In this document: positions 14,801-28,900 of the stretch, piece by piece
How positions within the stretch are numbered: position 1 is the first letter of the stretch
Layout: every line of letters begins with the position of its first letter
Source: Eledone cirrhosa
Taxonomy: Eukaryota
Reading direction: 5' to 3'
Length of the DNA stretch: 64,000 nt
Assembly: GCA_964016885.1 (NCBI GenBank)
Contig: OZ024741.1
Span: forward strand, 28,458,001-28,522,000
The notes under the pieces: generated by a model
The model's database searches: none
Seen by the model: the letters and a program-made list of their open reading frames with translations, nothing else
Told to the model about the DNA's origin: nothing
Made by a program: the position numbers and the translations under genes

Positions 14801-17800
14801 AGATACTGTCAGTGTTACTACAGTGTAACTTATTGGTATAGAACTGGTATATATAGGGATATAACTACATATAGATACTGTCAGTGGTATTACAGTGTAG
14901 GTTATTGGTAGATAACTGGTATATATAGGGATATAACTACACATAGATACTGTCAGTGGTACTACAATGTAAGTTATTGGTAGATAACTGGTATATATAG
15001 GGATATAACTACGTATAGATACTGTCAGCGGTACTACAGTGTAGGTTATTGGTATATAACTGGTATATATAGAGATATAACTACATATACAGATACTGCC
15101 AGTCTTACTACAGTGTAGGTCATTGGTAGATAACTGGTATATATAGGGATATACCTACATATAGATACTGTCAGTGGTACTACCGTGTAGGCTATTGGTA
15201 GATAACTGGTATATATAGGGATATAACTACACATAGATATTGTCAGTCTTACTAGAGTGTAGGTTATTGTTAGATCACTGGTATATATAGGGATATAACT
15301 ACACATAGATACTGTCAGTGGTACTACAGTGTAGGTTATTGGTAGATAACTGGTATATATAGGGATATAACTATACATAGATACTGTCAGTGGTACTACA
15401 GTGTAGGTTATTGGTAGATAACTGGTATATATAGGGATATAACTACACATAGATACTGTCAGTGGTACTACAGTGTAGGTTATTGGTAGATAACTGGTAT
15501 ATATAGGGATATAACTATACATAGATACTGACAGTGGTACTACAGTGTAGGTTATTGGTATATAACTGGTATATATAGGGATATAACTACATATAGATAG
15601 TGTCAGTGGTACTAGAGTGTAGGTTATTTGTATATAACTGGTATATATAGGGATATAACTATACATAGATACTGTCAGTGGTACTACAGTATAGGTTATT
15701 GGTAGATAACTGGTATATATAGGGATATAACTACATATAGATACTGTCAGTGGTACTACAGTCTAGGTTATTGGTAGATAACTGGTATATATATTGATAT
15801 AACTACATACAGATACTGTCAGTGGTATTACAGTGTAGCTTATTGGTATATAACTGGTATATATAGGGATATAACTACATATACAGATAATGTCAGTCTT
15901 ACTACAGAGTAGGTTATTGGTAGATAACTGGTATATATAGGGATATAACTACACATAGATACTGTCAGTGTTACTACAGTGTAACTTATTAGTATAGAAC
16001 TGGTATATATAGGGATATAACTACATATAGATACTGTCAGTGGTACTACAGTGTAGGTTATTGGTAGATAACTGGTATATATAGGGATATAACTACACAT
16101 AGATACTGTCAGTGGTACTACAATGTAAGTTATTGGTAGATAACTGGTATATATAGGGATATAACTACGTATAGATACTGTCAGCGGTACTACAGTGTAG
16201 GTTATTGGTATATAACTGGTATATATAGGGATATAACTACATATACAGATAATGTCAGTCTTACTACAGAGTAGGTTATTGGTATATAACTGGTATATAT
16301 ATGGATATAACTACATATAGATACTGCCAGTCTTACTACAGTGTATGTTATTGGTAGATAACTGGTATATATAGGGATATAACTACATATAGATACCGTC
16401 AGTCTTACTAGAGTGTAGGTTATTGTTAGATCACTGGTATATATAGGGATATAACTACACATAGATACTGTCAGTGGTACTACAGTGTAGGTTATTGGTA
16501 GATAACTGGTATATATTGGGATATAACTATACATAGATACTGACAGTGGTACTACAGTGTAGGTTATTGGTATATAACTGGTATATATAGGGATATAACT
16601 ACATAAGGATACTGTCAGTGGTACTAGAGTGTAGGTTATTGGTATATAACTGGTATATATAGGGATATAACTATACATAGATACTGTCAGTGGTACTACA
16701 GTATAGGTTATTGGTAGATAACTGGTATATATAGGGATATAACTACATATAGATATTGTCAGTGGTACTACAGTCTAGGTTATTGGTAGATAACTGGTAT
16801 ATATAGGGATATAACTACATACAGATACTGTCAGTGGTACTACAGAGTAGGGTATTAGTATATAACTGGTATATATAGGGATATAACTACACATAGATAC
16901 TGACAGTTGTACTACAGTGTAGGTTATTGGTATATAACTGGTATATATTGGGATATAACTACACATAGATACTGACAGTGGTACTACAGTGTAGGTTATT
17001 GGTAGATAACTGGTATATATAGGGATATAACTACATATAGATACTGACAGTGGTACTACAGTGTAGGCTATTGGTATATAACTGGTATATATAGGGTTAT
17101 AACTACATATAGATACTGTTGGTGGTACTACAGTCTAGGTTATTGGTATAAAACTGGTATATATAGGGATATAACTACATATACAGATACTGTCAGTCTT
17201 ACTACAGTGTAGGTTATTGGTAGATAACTGGTATATATAGGGATATAACTACATACAGATACTGTCAGTGGTACTACAGAGTAGGGTATTAGTATATAAC
17301 TGGTATATATAGAGATATAACTACACATAGATACTGACAGTTGTACTACAGTGTAAGTTATTGGTAGATAACTGGTATATATAGGGATATAACTACACAT
17401 AGATACTAACAGTGGTACTACAGTGTAAGTTATTGGTATATAACTGGTATATATAGGGATATAACTACATATAGATACTGTCAGTGGTACTATAGTGTAG
17501 GTTATTGGTATATAACTGTTATATATAGGGATATAACTACACATAGATACTGTCAGTGGTACTACAGTGTAGGTTATTGGTAGATAACTGGTATATATAG
17601 GGATATAACTACATATAGATATTGACAGTGGTACTACAGTGTAGGTTATTGGTAGATTACTGGTATATATATATGGATATAACTACATATAGATACTGTC
17701 AGTGGTACAACAGTTTGGGTCATTGGTAGATAACTGGTATATATAGGGATATAACTACATATAGATACTGTTAGTGTTACTACAGTGTAGGTTATTGGTA

Positions 17801-18200
17801 GATAACTGGTATATATAGGGATATAACTACATATAGATACTGACAGTTGTACTACAGTGTATGTTATTGGTAGATAACTGGTATATATAGGGATATAACT
17901 ACATATAGATACTGTCAGTGGTACTACAGTCTAGGTTATTGGTAGATAACTGGTATATATAGGGATATAACTACATAGAGATACTGTCAGTGGTACTAGA
18001 GTGTAGGTTATTGGTAGATAACTGGTATATATAGGGATATAACTACACATAGATACTGTCAGTGGTACTACAGTGTAGGTTATTGGTATATAACTGGAAT
18101 ATATAGGGATTTAACTACACATAGATACTGTCAGTGGTACTACAGTGTAGGTTATTGGTATATAACTGGTATTTATAGGATTATAACTACATATAGATAC
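8860..18200. repeat. About 52-monomer (3756 bp) duplication with a nested 27-monomer (1950 bp) tandem duplication
   Basis: Identical ORF pairs occur at 8978/12734/14684 and 9340/13096/15046 (offsets 3756 and 1950). ATACTGTTAGTGTTAC is at 12131 and 14081. Pairs 10134/15840 (5706) and 11141/16775 (5634) show the loss of one monomer. Confidence 0.9.
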
Positions 18201-19344
18201 TGTCAGTGGTACTATAGTGTAGGTTATTGGTATATAACTGGTATATATAGGGATATAACTACACATAGATACTGTCAGTGGTACTACAGTGTAGGTTATT
18301 GGTAGATAACTGGTATATATAGGGATATAACTACATATAGATACTGACAGTAGTACTACAGTGTAGGTTATTGGTAGATAACTGGTATATATCTGTATAT
18401 AACTACATATAGATACTGTCAGTGGTACTACAGTGTAGGTTATTGGTAGATAACTGGTATATATAGGGATATAACTACACATAGATACTAACAGTGGTAC
18501 TACAGTGTAGGCTATTGGTATATAACTGGTATATATAGGGATATAACTACATATAGATACTGTCAGTGGTACTATAGTGTAGGTTATTGGTATATAACTG
18601 GTATATATAGGGATATAACTACATATAGATACTGTCAGTGGTACTACAGTGTAGGTTATTGGTAGATAACTGGTATATATAGGGATATAACTACATATAG
18701 ATACTGTCAGTGGTACTACAGTCTAAGTCATTGGTAGATAACTGGTATATATAGGGATATAACTACATATAGATACTGTCAGTGGTACTACAGTGTAGGT
18801 TATTGGTAGATAACTGGTATATATAGGGATATAACTACATATAGATACTGACAGTTGTACTACAGTGTATGTTATTGGTAGATAACTGGTATATATAGGG
18901 ATATAACTACATATAGATACTGTCAGTGGTACTACAGTCTAGGTTATTAGTAGATAACTGGTATATATAGGGATATAACTACATAGAGATACTGTCAGTG
19001 GTACTAGAGTGTAGGTGATTGGTAGATAACTGGTATATATAGGGATATAACTACACATAGATACTGTCAGTGGTACTACAGTGTAGGTTATTGGTATATA
19101 ACTGGAATATATAGGGATTTAACTACACATAGATACTGTCAGTGGTACTACAGTGTAGGTTATTGGTATATAACTGGTATTTATAGGATTATAACTACAT
19201 ATAGATACTGTCAGTGGTACTATAGTGTAGGTTATTGGTATATAACTGGTATATATAGGGATATAACTACATATACAGATAATGTCAGTCTTACTACAGA
19301 GTAGGTTATTGGTAGATAACTGGTATATATAGGGATATAACTAC

Positions 19345-22300
19345 ACATAGATACTGTCAGTGTTACTACAGTGTAACTTATTGGTATAGAACTGGTATAT
19401 ATAGGGATATAACTACATATAGATACTGTCAGTGGTACTACAGTGTAGGTTATTGGTAGATAACTGGTATATATAGGGATATAACTACACATAGATACTG
19501 TCAGTGGTACTACAATGTAAGTTATTGGTAGATAACTGGTATATATAGGGATATAACTACGTATAGATACTGTCAGCGGTACTACAGTGTAGGTTATTGG
19601 TATATAACTGGTATATATAGAGATATAACTACATATACAGATACTGCCAGTCTTACTACAGTGTAGGTTATTGGTAGATAACTGGTATATATAGGGATAT
19701 AACTAAATATAGATACTGTCAGTGGTACTACCGTGTAGGTTATTGGTAGATAACTGGTATATATAGGGATATAACTACACATAGATACCGTCAGTCTTAC
19801 TAGAGTGTAGGTTATTGTTAGATCACTGGTATATATAGGGATATAACTACACATAGATACTGTCAGTGGTACTACAGTGTAGGTTATTGGTAGATAACTG
19901 GTATATATTGGGATATAACTATACATAGATACTGACAGTGGTACTACAGTGTAGGTTATTGGTATATAACTGGTATATATAGGGATATAACTACATAAGG
20001 ATACTGTCAGTGGTACTAGAGTGTAGGTTATTGGTATATAACTGGTATATATAGGGATATAACTATACATAGATACTGTCAGTGGTACTACAGTATAGGT
20101 TATTGGTAGATAACTGGTATATATAGGGATATAACTACATATAGATATTGTCAGTGGTACTACAGTCTAGGTTATTGGTAGATAACTGGTATATATAGGG
20201 ATATAACTACATACAGATACTGTCAGTGGTACTACAGAGTAGGGTATTAGTATATAACTGGTATATATAGGGATATAACTACACATAGATACTGACAGTT
20301 GTACTACAGTGTAGGTTATTGGTATATAACTGGTATATATTGGGATATAACTACACATAGATACTGACAGTGGTACTACAGTGTAGGTTATTGGTAGATA
20401 ACTGGTATATATAGGGATATAACTACATATAGATACTGACAGTGGTACTACAGTGTAGGCTATTGGTATATAACTGGTATATATAGGGTTATAACTACAT
20501 ATAGATACTGTTGGTGGTACTACAGTGTAGGTTATTGGTATATAACTGGTATATATAGGGATATAACTACATATACAGATACTGTCAGTCTTACTACAGT
20601 GTAGGTTATTGGTAGATAACTGGTATATATAGGGATATAACTACATATAGATACTGTCAGTGGTACTACAGTGTAGGTTATTGGTAGATAACTGGTATAT
20701 ATAGGGATATAACTACACGTAGATACTGTCAGTCTTACTAGAGTGTAGGTTATTGGTACATAACTAGTATATATAGGGATATAACTACACATAGATACTG
20801 TCAGTGGTACTACAGTGTAAGTTACTGGTAGATAACTGGTATATATAGGGATATAACTACACATAGATACTAACAGTGGTACTACAGTGTAGGTTATTGG
20901 TATATAACTGGTATATATAGGGATATAACTACATATACAGATAATGTCAGTCTTACTACAGAGTAGGTTATTGGTATATAACTGGTATATATATGGATAT
21001 AACTACATATAGATACTGCCAGTCTTACTACAGTGTAGGTTGTTGGTAGATAACTGGTATATATAGGGATATAACTAAATATAGATACTGTCAGTGGTAC
21101 TACCGTGTAGGTTATTGGTAGATAACTGGTATATATAGGGATATAACTACACATAGATACCGTCAGTCTTACTAGAGTGTAGGTTATTGTTAGATCACTG
21201 GTATATATAGGGATATAACTACACATAGATACTGTCAGTGGTACTACAGTGTAGGTTATTGGTAGATAACTGGTATATATTGGGATATAACTATACATAG
21301 ATACTGACTGTGGTACTACAGTGTAGGTTATTGGTATATAACTGGTATATATAGGGATATAACTACATAAGGATACTGTCAGTGGTACTAGAGTGTAGGT
21401 TATTGGTATATAACTGGTATATATAGGGATATAACTATACATAGATACTGTCAGTGGTACTACAGTATAGGTTATTGGTAGATAACTGGTATATATAGGG
21501 ATATAACTACATATAGATATTTTCAGTGGTACTACAGTCTAGGTTATTTGTAGATAACTGGTATATATAGGGATATAACTACATACAGATACTGTCAGTG
21601 GTACTACAGAGTAGGGTATTAGTATATAACTGGTATATATAGGGATATAACTACACATAGATACTGACAGTTGTACTACAGTGTAGGTTATTGGTATATA
21701 ACTGGTATATATTGGGATATAACTACACATAGATACTGACAGTGGTACTACAGTGTAGGTTATTGGTAGATAACTGGTATATATAGGGATATAACTACAT
21801 ATACAGATACTGTCAGTCTTACTACAGTGTAGGTTATTGGTAGATAACTGGTATATATAGGGATATAACTACATACAGATACTGTCAGTGGTACTACAGA
21901 GTAGGGTATTAGTATATAACTGGTATATATAGGGATATAACTACACATAGATACTGACAGTTGTACTACAGTGTAAGTTATTGGTAGATAACTGGTATAT
22001 ATAGGGATATAACTACACATAGATACTAACAGTGGTACTACAGTGTAAGTTATTGGTATATAACTGGTATATATAGGGATATAACTACATATAGATACTG
22101 TCAGTGGTACTATAGTGTAGGTTATTGGTATATAACTGTTATATATAGGGATATAACTACACATAGATACTGTCAGTGGTACTACAGTGTAGGTTATTGG
22201 TAGATAACTGGTATATATAGGAATATAACTACATATAGATATTGACAGTGGTACTACAGTGTAGGTTATTGGTAGATTACTGGTATATATATATGGATAT

Positions 22301-25300
22301 AACTACATATAGATACTGTCAGTGGTACAACAGTTTGGGTCATTGGTAGATAACTGGTATATATAGGGATATAACTACATATAGATACTGTTAGTGTTAC
22401 TACAGTGTAGGTTATTGGTAGATAACTGGTATATATAGGGTATATAACTACATATAGATACTGACAGTTGTACTACAGTGTATGTTATTGGTAGATAACT
22501 GGTATATATAGGGATATAACTACATATAGATACTGTCAGTGGTACTACAGTCTAGGTTATTGGTAGATAACTGGTATATATAGGGATATAACTACATAGA
22601 GATACTGTCAGTGGTACTAGAGTGTAGGTTATTGGTAGATAACTGGTATATATAGGGATATAACTACACATAGATACTGTCAGTGGTACTACAGTGTAGG
22701 TTATTGGTATATAACTGGAATATATAGGGATTTAACTACACATAGATACTGTCAGTGGTACTACAGTGTAGGTTATTGGTATATAACTGGTATTTATAGG
22801 ATTATAACTACATATAGATACTGTCAGTGGTACTATAGTGTAGGTTATTGGTATATAACTGGTATATATAGGGATATAACTACACATAGATACTGTCAGT
22901 GGTACTACAGTGTAGGTTATTGGTAGATAACTGGTATATATAGGGATATAACTACATATAGATACTGACAGTAGTACTACAGTGTAGGTTATTGGTAGAT
23001 AACTGGTATATATCTGTATATAACTACATATAGATACTGTCAGTGGTACTACAGTGTAGGTTATTGGTATATAACTGGAATATATAGGGATTTAACTACA
23101 CATAGATACTGTCAGTGTTACTACAGTGTAACTTATTGGTATAGAACTGGTATATATAGGGATATAACTACATATAGATACTGTCAGTGGTACTACAGTG
23201 TAGGTTATTGGTAGATAACTGGTATATATAGGGATATAACTACACATAGATACTGTCAGTGGTACTACAATGTAAGTTATTGGTAGATAACTGGTATATA
23301 TAGGGATATAACTACGTATAGATACTGTCAGCGGTACTACAGTGTAGGTTATTGGTATATAACTGGTATATATAGAGATATAACTACATATACAGATACT
23401 GCCAGTCTTACTACAGTGTAGGTTATTGGTAGATAACTGGTATATATAGGGATATAACTAAATATAGATACTGTCAGTGGTACTACCGTGTAGGTTATTG
23501 GTAGATAACTGGTATATATAGGGATATAACTACACATAGATACCGTCAGTCTTACTAGAGTGTAGGTTATTGGTAGATAACTGGTATATATTGGGATATA
23601 ACTATACATAGATACTGACAGTGGTACTACAGTGTAGGTTATTGGTATATAACTGGTATATATAGGGATATAACTACATAAGGATACTGTCAGTGGTACT
23701 AGAGTGTAGGTTATTGGTATATAACTGGTATATATAGGGATATAACTATACATAGATACTGTCAGTGGTACTACAGTATAGGTTATTGGTAGATAACTGG
23801 TATATATAGGGATATAACTACATATAGATATTGTCAGTGGTACTACAGTCTAGGTTATTGGTAGATAACTGGTATATATAGGGATATAACTACATACAGA
23901 TACTGTCAGTGGTACTACAGAGTAGGGTATTAGTATATAACTGGTATATATAGGGATATAACTACACATAGATACTGACAGTTGTACTACAGTGTAGGTT
24001 ATTGGTATATAACTGGTATATATTGGGATATAACTACACATAGATACTGACAGTGGTACTACAGTGTAGGTTATTGGTAGATAACTGGTATATATAGGGA
24101 TATAACTACATATAGATACTGACAGTGGTACTACAGTGTAGGCTATTGGTATATAACTGGTATATATAGGGTTATAACTACATATAGATACTGTTGGTGG
24201 TACTACAGTGTAGGTTATTGGTATATAACTGGTATATATAGGGATATAACTACATATACAGATACTGTCAGTCTTACTACAGTGTAGGTTATTGGTAGAT
24301 AACTGGTATATATAGGGATATAACTACATATAGATACTGTCAGTGGTACTACAGTGTAGGTTATTGGTAGATAACTGGTATATATAGGGATATAACTACA
24401 CGTAGATACTGTCAGTCTTACTAGAGTGTAGGTTATTGGTACATAACTAGTATATATAGGGATATAACTACACATAGATACTGTCAGTGGTACTACAGTG
24501 TAAGTTATTGGTAGATAACTGGTATATATAGGGATATAACTACACATAGATACTAACAGTGGTACTACAGTGTAGGTTATTGGTATATAACTGGTATATA
24601 TAGGGATATAACTACATATACAGATAATGTCAGTCTTACTACAGAGTAGGTTATTGGTATATAACTGGTATATATATGGATATAACTACATATAGATACT
24701 GCCAGTCTTACTACAGTGTAGGTTATTGGTAGATAACTGGTATATATAGGGATATAACTAAATATAGATACTGTCAGTGGTACTACCGTGTAGGTTATTG
24801 GTAGATAACTGGTATATATAGGGATATAACTACACATAGATACCGTCAGTCTTACTAGAGTGTAGGTTATTGTTAGATCACTGGTATATATAGGGATATA
24901 ACTACACATAGATACTGTCAGTGGTACTACAGTGTAGGTTATTGGTAGATAACTGGTATATATTGGGATATAACTATACATAGATACTGACAGTGGTACT
25001 ACAGTGTAGGTTATTGGTATATAACTGGTATATATAGGGATATAACTACATAAGGATACTGTCAGTGGTACTAGAGTGTAGGTTATTGGTATATAACTGG
25101 TATATATAGGGATATAACTATACATAGATACTGTCAGTGGTACTACAGTATAGGTTATTGGTAGATAACTGGTATATATAGGGATATAACTACATATAGA
25201 TATTTTCAGTGGTACTACAGTCTAGGTTATTGGTAGATAACTGGTATATATAGGGATATAACTACATACAGATACTGTCAGTGGTACTACAGAGTAGGGT

Positions 25301-25985
25301 ATTAGTATATAACTGGTATATATAGGGATATAACTACACATAGATACTGACAGTTGTACTACAGTGTAGGTTATTGGTATATAACTGGTATATATTGGGA
25401 TATAACTACACATAGATACTGACAGTGGTACTACAGTGTAGGTTATTGGTAGATAACTGGTATATATAGGGATATAACTACATATACAGATACTGTCAGT
25501 CTTACTACAGTGTAGGTTATTGGTAGATAACTGGTATATATAGGGATATAACTACATACAGATACTGTCAGTGGTACTACAGAGTAGGGTATTAGTATAT
25601 AACTGGTATATATAGGGATATAACTACACATACATACTGACAGTTGTACTACAGTGTAAGTTATTGGTAGATAACTGGTATATATAGGGATATAACTACA
25701 CATAGATACTAACAGTGGTACTACAGTGTAAGTTATTGGTATATAACTGGTATATATAGGGATATAACTACATATAGATACTGTCAGTGGTACTATAGTG
25801 TAGGTTATTGGTATATAACTGTTATATATAGGGATATAACTACACATAGATACTGTCAGTGGTACTACAGTGTAGGTTATTGGTAGATAACTGGTATATA
25901 TATGGATATAACTACATATAGATATTGACAGTGGTACTACAGTGTAGGTTATTGGTAGATTACTGGTATATATATATGGATATAA
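19345..25985. repeat. Higher-order duplication, offset 3755 then 3683 bp (52 then 51 monomers)
   Basis: ORF pair 19594/23349 gives 3755. Pairs 20167/23850, 20532/24215, 20894/24577, 21539/25222 and 21760/25443 all give 3683. The rare variant GATATTTTCAGT is at about 21517 and 25200. Confidence 0.92.
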
Positions 25986-25989
25986 CTAC

Positions 25990-28900
25990 ATATAGATACT
26001 GACAGTTGTACTACAGTGTATGTTATTGGTAGATAACTGGTATATATAGGGATATAACTACATATAGATACTGTCAGTGGTACTACAGTCTAGGTTATTG
26101 GTAGATAACTGGTATATATAGGGATATAACTACATAGAGATACTGTCAGTGGTACTAGAGTGTAGGTTATTGGTAGATAACTGGTATATATAGGGATATA
26201 ACTACACATAGATACTGTCAGTGGTACTACAGTGTAGGTTATTGGTATATAACTGGAATATATAGGGATTTAACTACAGATAGATACTGTCAGTGGTACT
26301 ACAGTGTAGGTTATTGGTATATAACTGGTATTTATAGGATTATAACTACATATAGATACTGTCAGTGGTACTATAGTGTAGGTTATTGGTATATAACTGG
26401 TATATATAGGGATATAACTACACATAGATACTGTCAGTGGTACTACAGTGTAGGTTATTGGTAGATAACTGGTATATATAGGGATATAACTACATATAGA
26501 TACTGACAGTAGTACTACAGTGTAGGTTATTGGTAGATAACTGGTATATATCTGTATATAACTACATATAGATACTGTCAGTGGTACTACAGTGTAGGTT
26601 ATTGGTAGATAACTGGTATATATAGGGATATAACTACATATAGATACTGTCAGTGTTACTACAGTGTAGGTTATTGGTATATAACTGGTATATATAGGGA
26701 TATAACTACATATACAGATAATGTCAGTCTTACTACAGTGTAGGTTATTGTTAGATAACTGGTATATATAGGGTTATAACTACATATAGATACTGTCAGT
26801 GATACTACAGAGTAGGCTATTGGTATATAACTTGTATATATTGGGATATAGCTACACATAGATACTGTCAGTGGTACTACAGTGTAGGTTATTGGTAGAT
26901 AACTGGTATATATAGGGATATAACTACACATAGATACTGTCAGTGGTACTACAATGTAAGTTATTGGTAGATAACTGGTATATATAGGGATATAACTACG
27001 TATAGATACTGTCAATGGTACTACAGTGTAGGTTATTGGTATATAACTGGTATATATAGAGATATAACTACATATACAGATACTGTCAGTCTTACTACAG
27101 TGTAGGTTATTGGTAGATAACTGGTATATATAGGGATATAACTACATATACAGATACTGTCAGTCTTACTACAGTGTAGGTTATTTGTAGAGAACTGGTA
27201 TATATAGGGATATAACTACATATATACTGTCAGTGGTACTACAGTGTAGGTTATTGGTTGATAGCTGGTATATATAGGTATATAACTACACATAGATACT
27301 GTCAGTGGTACTACAGTGTAGGTTATTGGTAGATAACTGGTATATATAGGGATATAACTACACATAGATACTGTCAGTGTTACTAGAGTGTAGGTTATTG
27401 GTATATAACTGGAATATATAGCGATATAACTACACATAGATACTGTCAGTGGTACTACAGTGTAGGTTATTGGTATATAACTGGAATATATAGGGATATA
27501 ACTACACATAGATACTGTCAGTGGTACTACAGTGTAGATTATTGGTATATAACTGGTATATATAGGATTATAACTACATATAGATACTGTCAGTGGTACT
27601 ATCGTGTAGGTTATTGGTATATAACTGGTATATATAGGGATATAACTACACATAGATACTGTCAGTGGTACTACAGTGTAGGTTATTGGTAGATAATTGG
27701 TATATATAGGGATATAACTAAATATAGATACTGACAGTGGTACTACAGTGTAGGTTATTGGTAGATAACTGGTATATATCTGGATATAACTACAAATAGA
27801 TACTGTCAGTGGTACTACAGTGTAGGTTATTGGTAGATAACTGGTATATATAGGGATATAACTACATATAGAAACTGTCAGTGTTACTACAGTGTAGGTT
27901 ATTGGTATATAACTGGTATATATAGGGATATAACTACATATACAGATAATGTCAGTCTTACTACAGTGTAGGTTATTGGTAGATAACTGGTATATATAGG
28001 GATATAACTACACATAGATACTGTCAGTGTTACTACAGTGTAAGTTATTGGTATAGAACTGGTATATATAGGGATATAACTACATATAGATACTGTCAGT
28101 GATACTACAGTGTAGGCTATTGGTATATAACTGGTATATATTGGGATATAGCTACACATAGATACTGTCAGTGGTACTACAGTGTAGGTTATTGGTAGAT
28201 AACTGGTATCTATAGGGATATAACTACACATAGATACTGTCAGTGGTACTACAATGTAAGTTATTGGTAGATAACTGGTATATATAGGGATATAACTACG
28301 TATAGATACTGTCAGTGGTACTACAGTGTAGGTTATTGGTATATAACTGGTATATATAGAGATATAACTACATATACAGATAGTGTCAGTCTTACTACAG
28401 TGTAGGTTATTGGTAGAGAACTGGTATATATAGGGATATAACTACATATATACTGTCAGTGGTACTACAGTGTAGGTTATTGGTTGATAGCTGGTATATA
28501 TAGGTATATAACTACACATAGATACTGTCAGTGGTACTACAGTGTAGGTTATTGGTAGATAACTGGTATATATAGGGATATAACTACACATAGATACTGT
28601 CAGTGATACTAGAGTGTAGGTTACTGGTATATAACTGGAATATATAGCGATATAACTACACATAGATACTGTCAGTGGTACTACAGTGTAGGTTATTGGT
28701 ATATAACTGGTATATATAGGGATATAACTACATATAGATACTGTCAGTGGTACTATAGTGTAGGTTATTGGTATATAACTGGTATATATAGGGATATAAC
28801 TACACATAGATACTGTCAGTGGTACTACAGAGTAGGTTATTGGTAGATAACTGGTATATATAGGGATATAACTACGTATAGATACTGTCAGTGGTACTAC

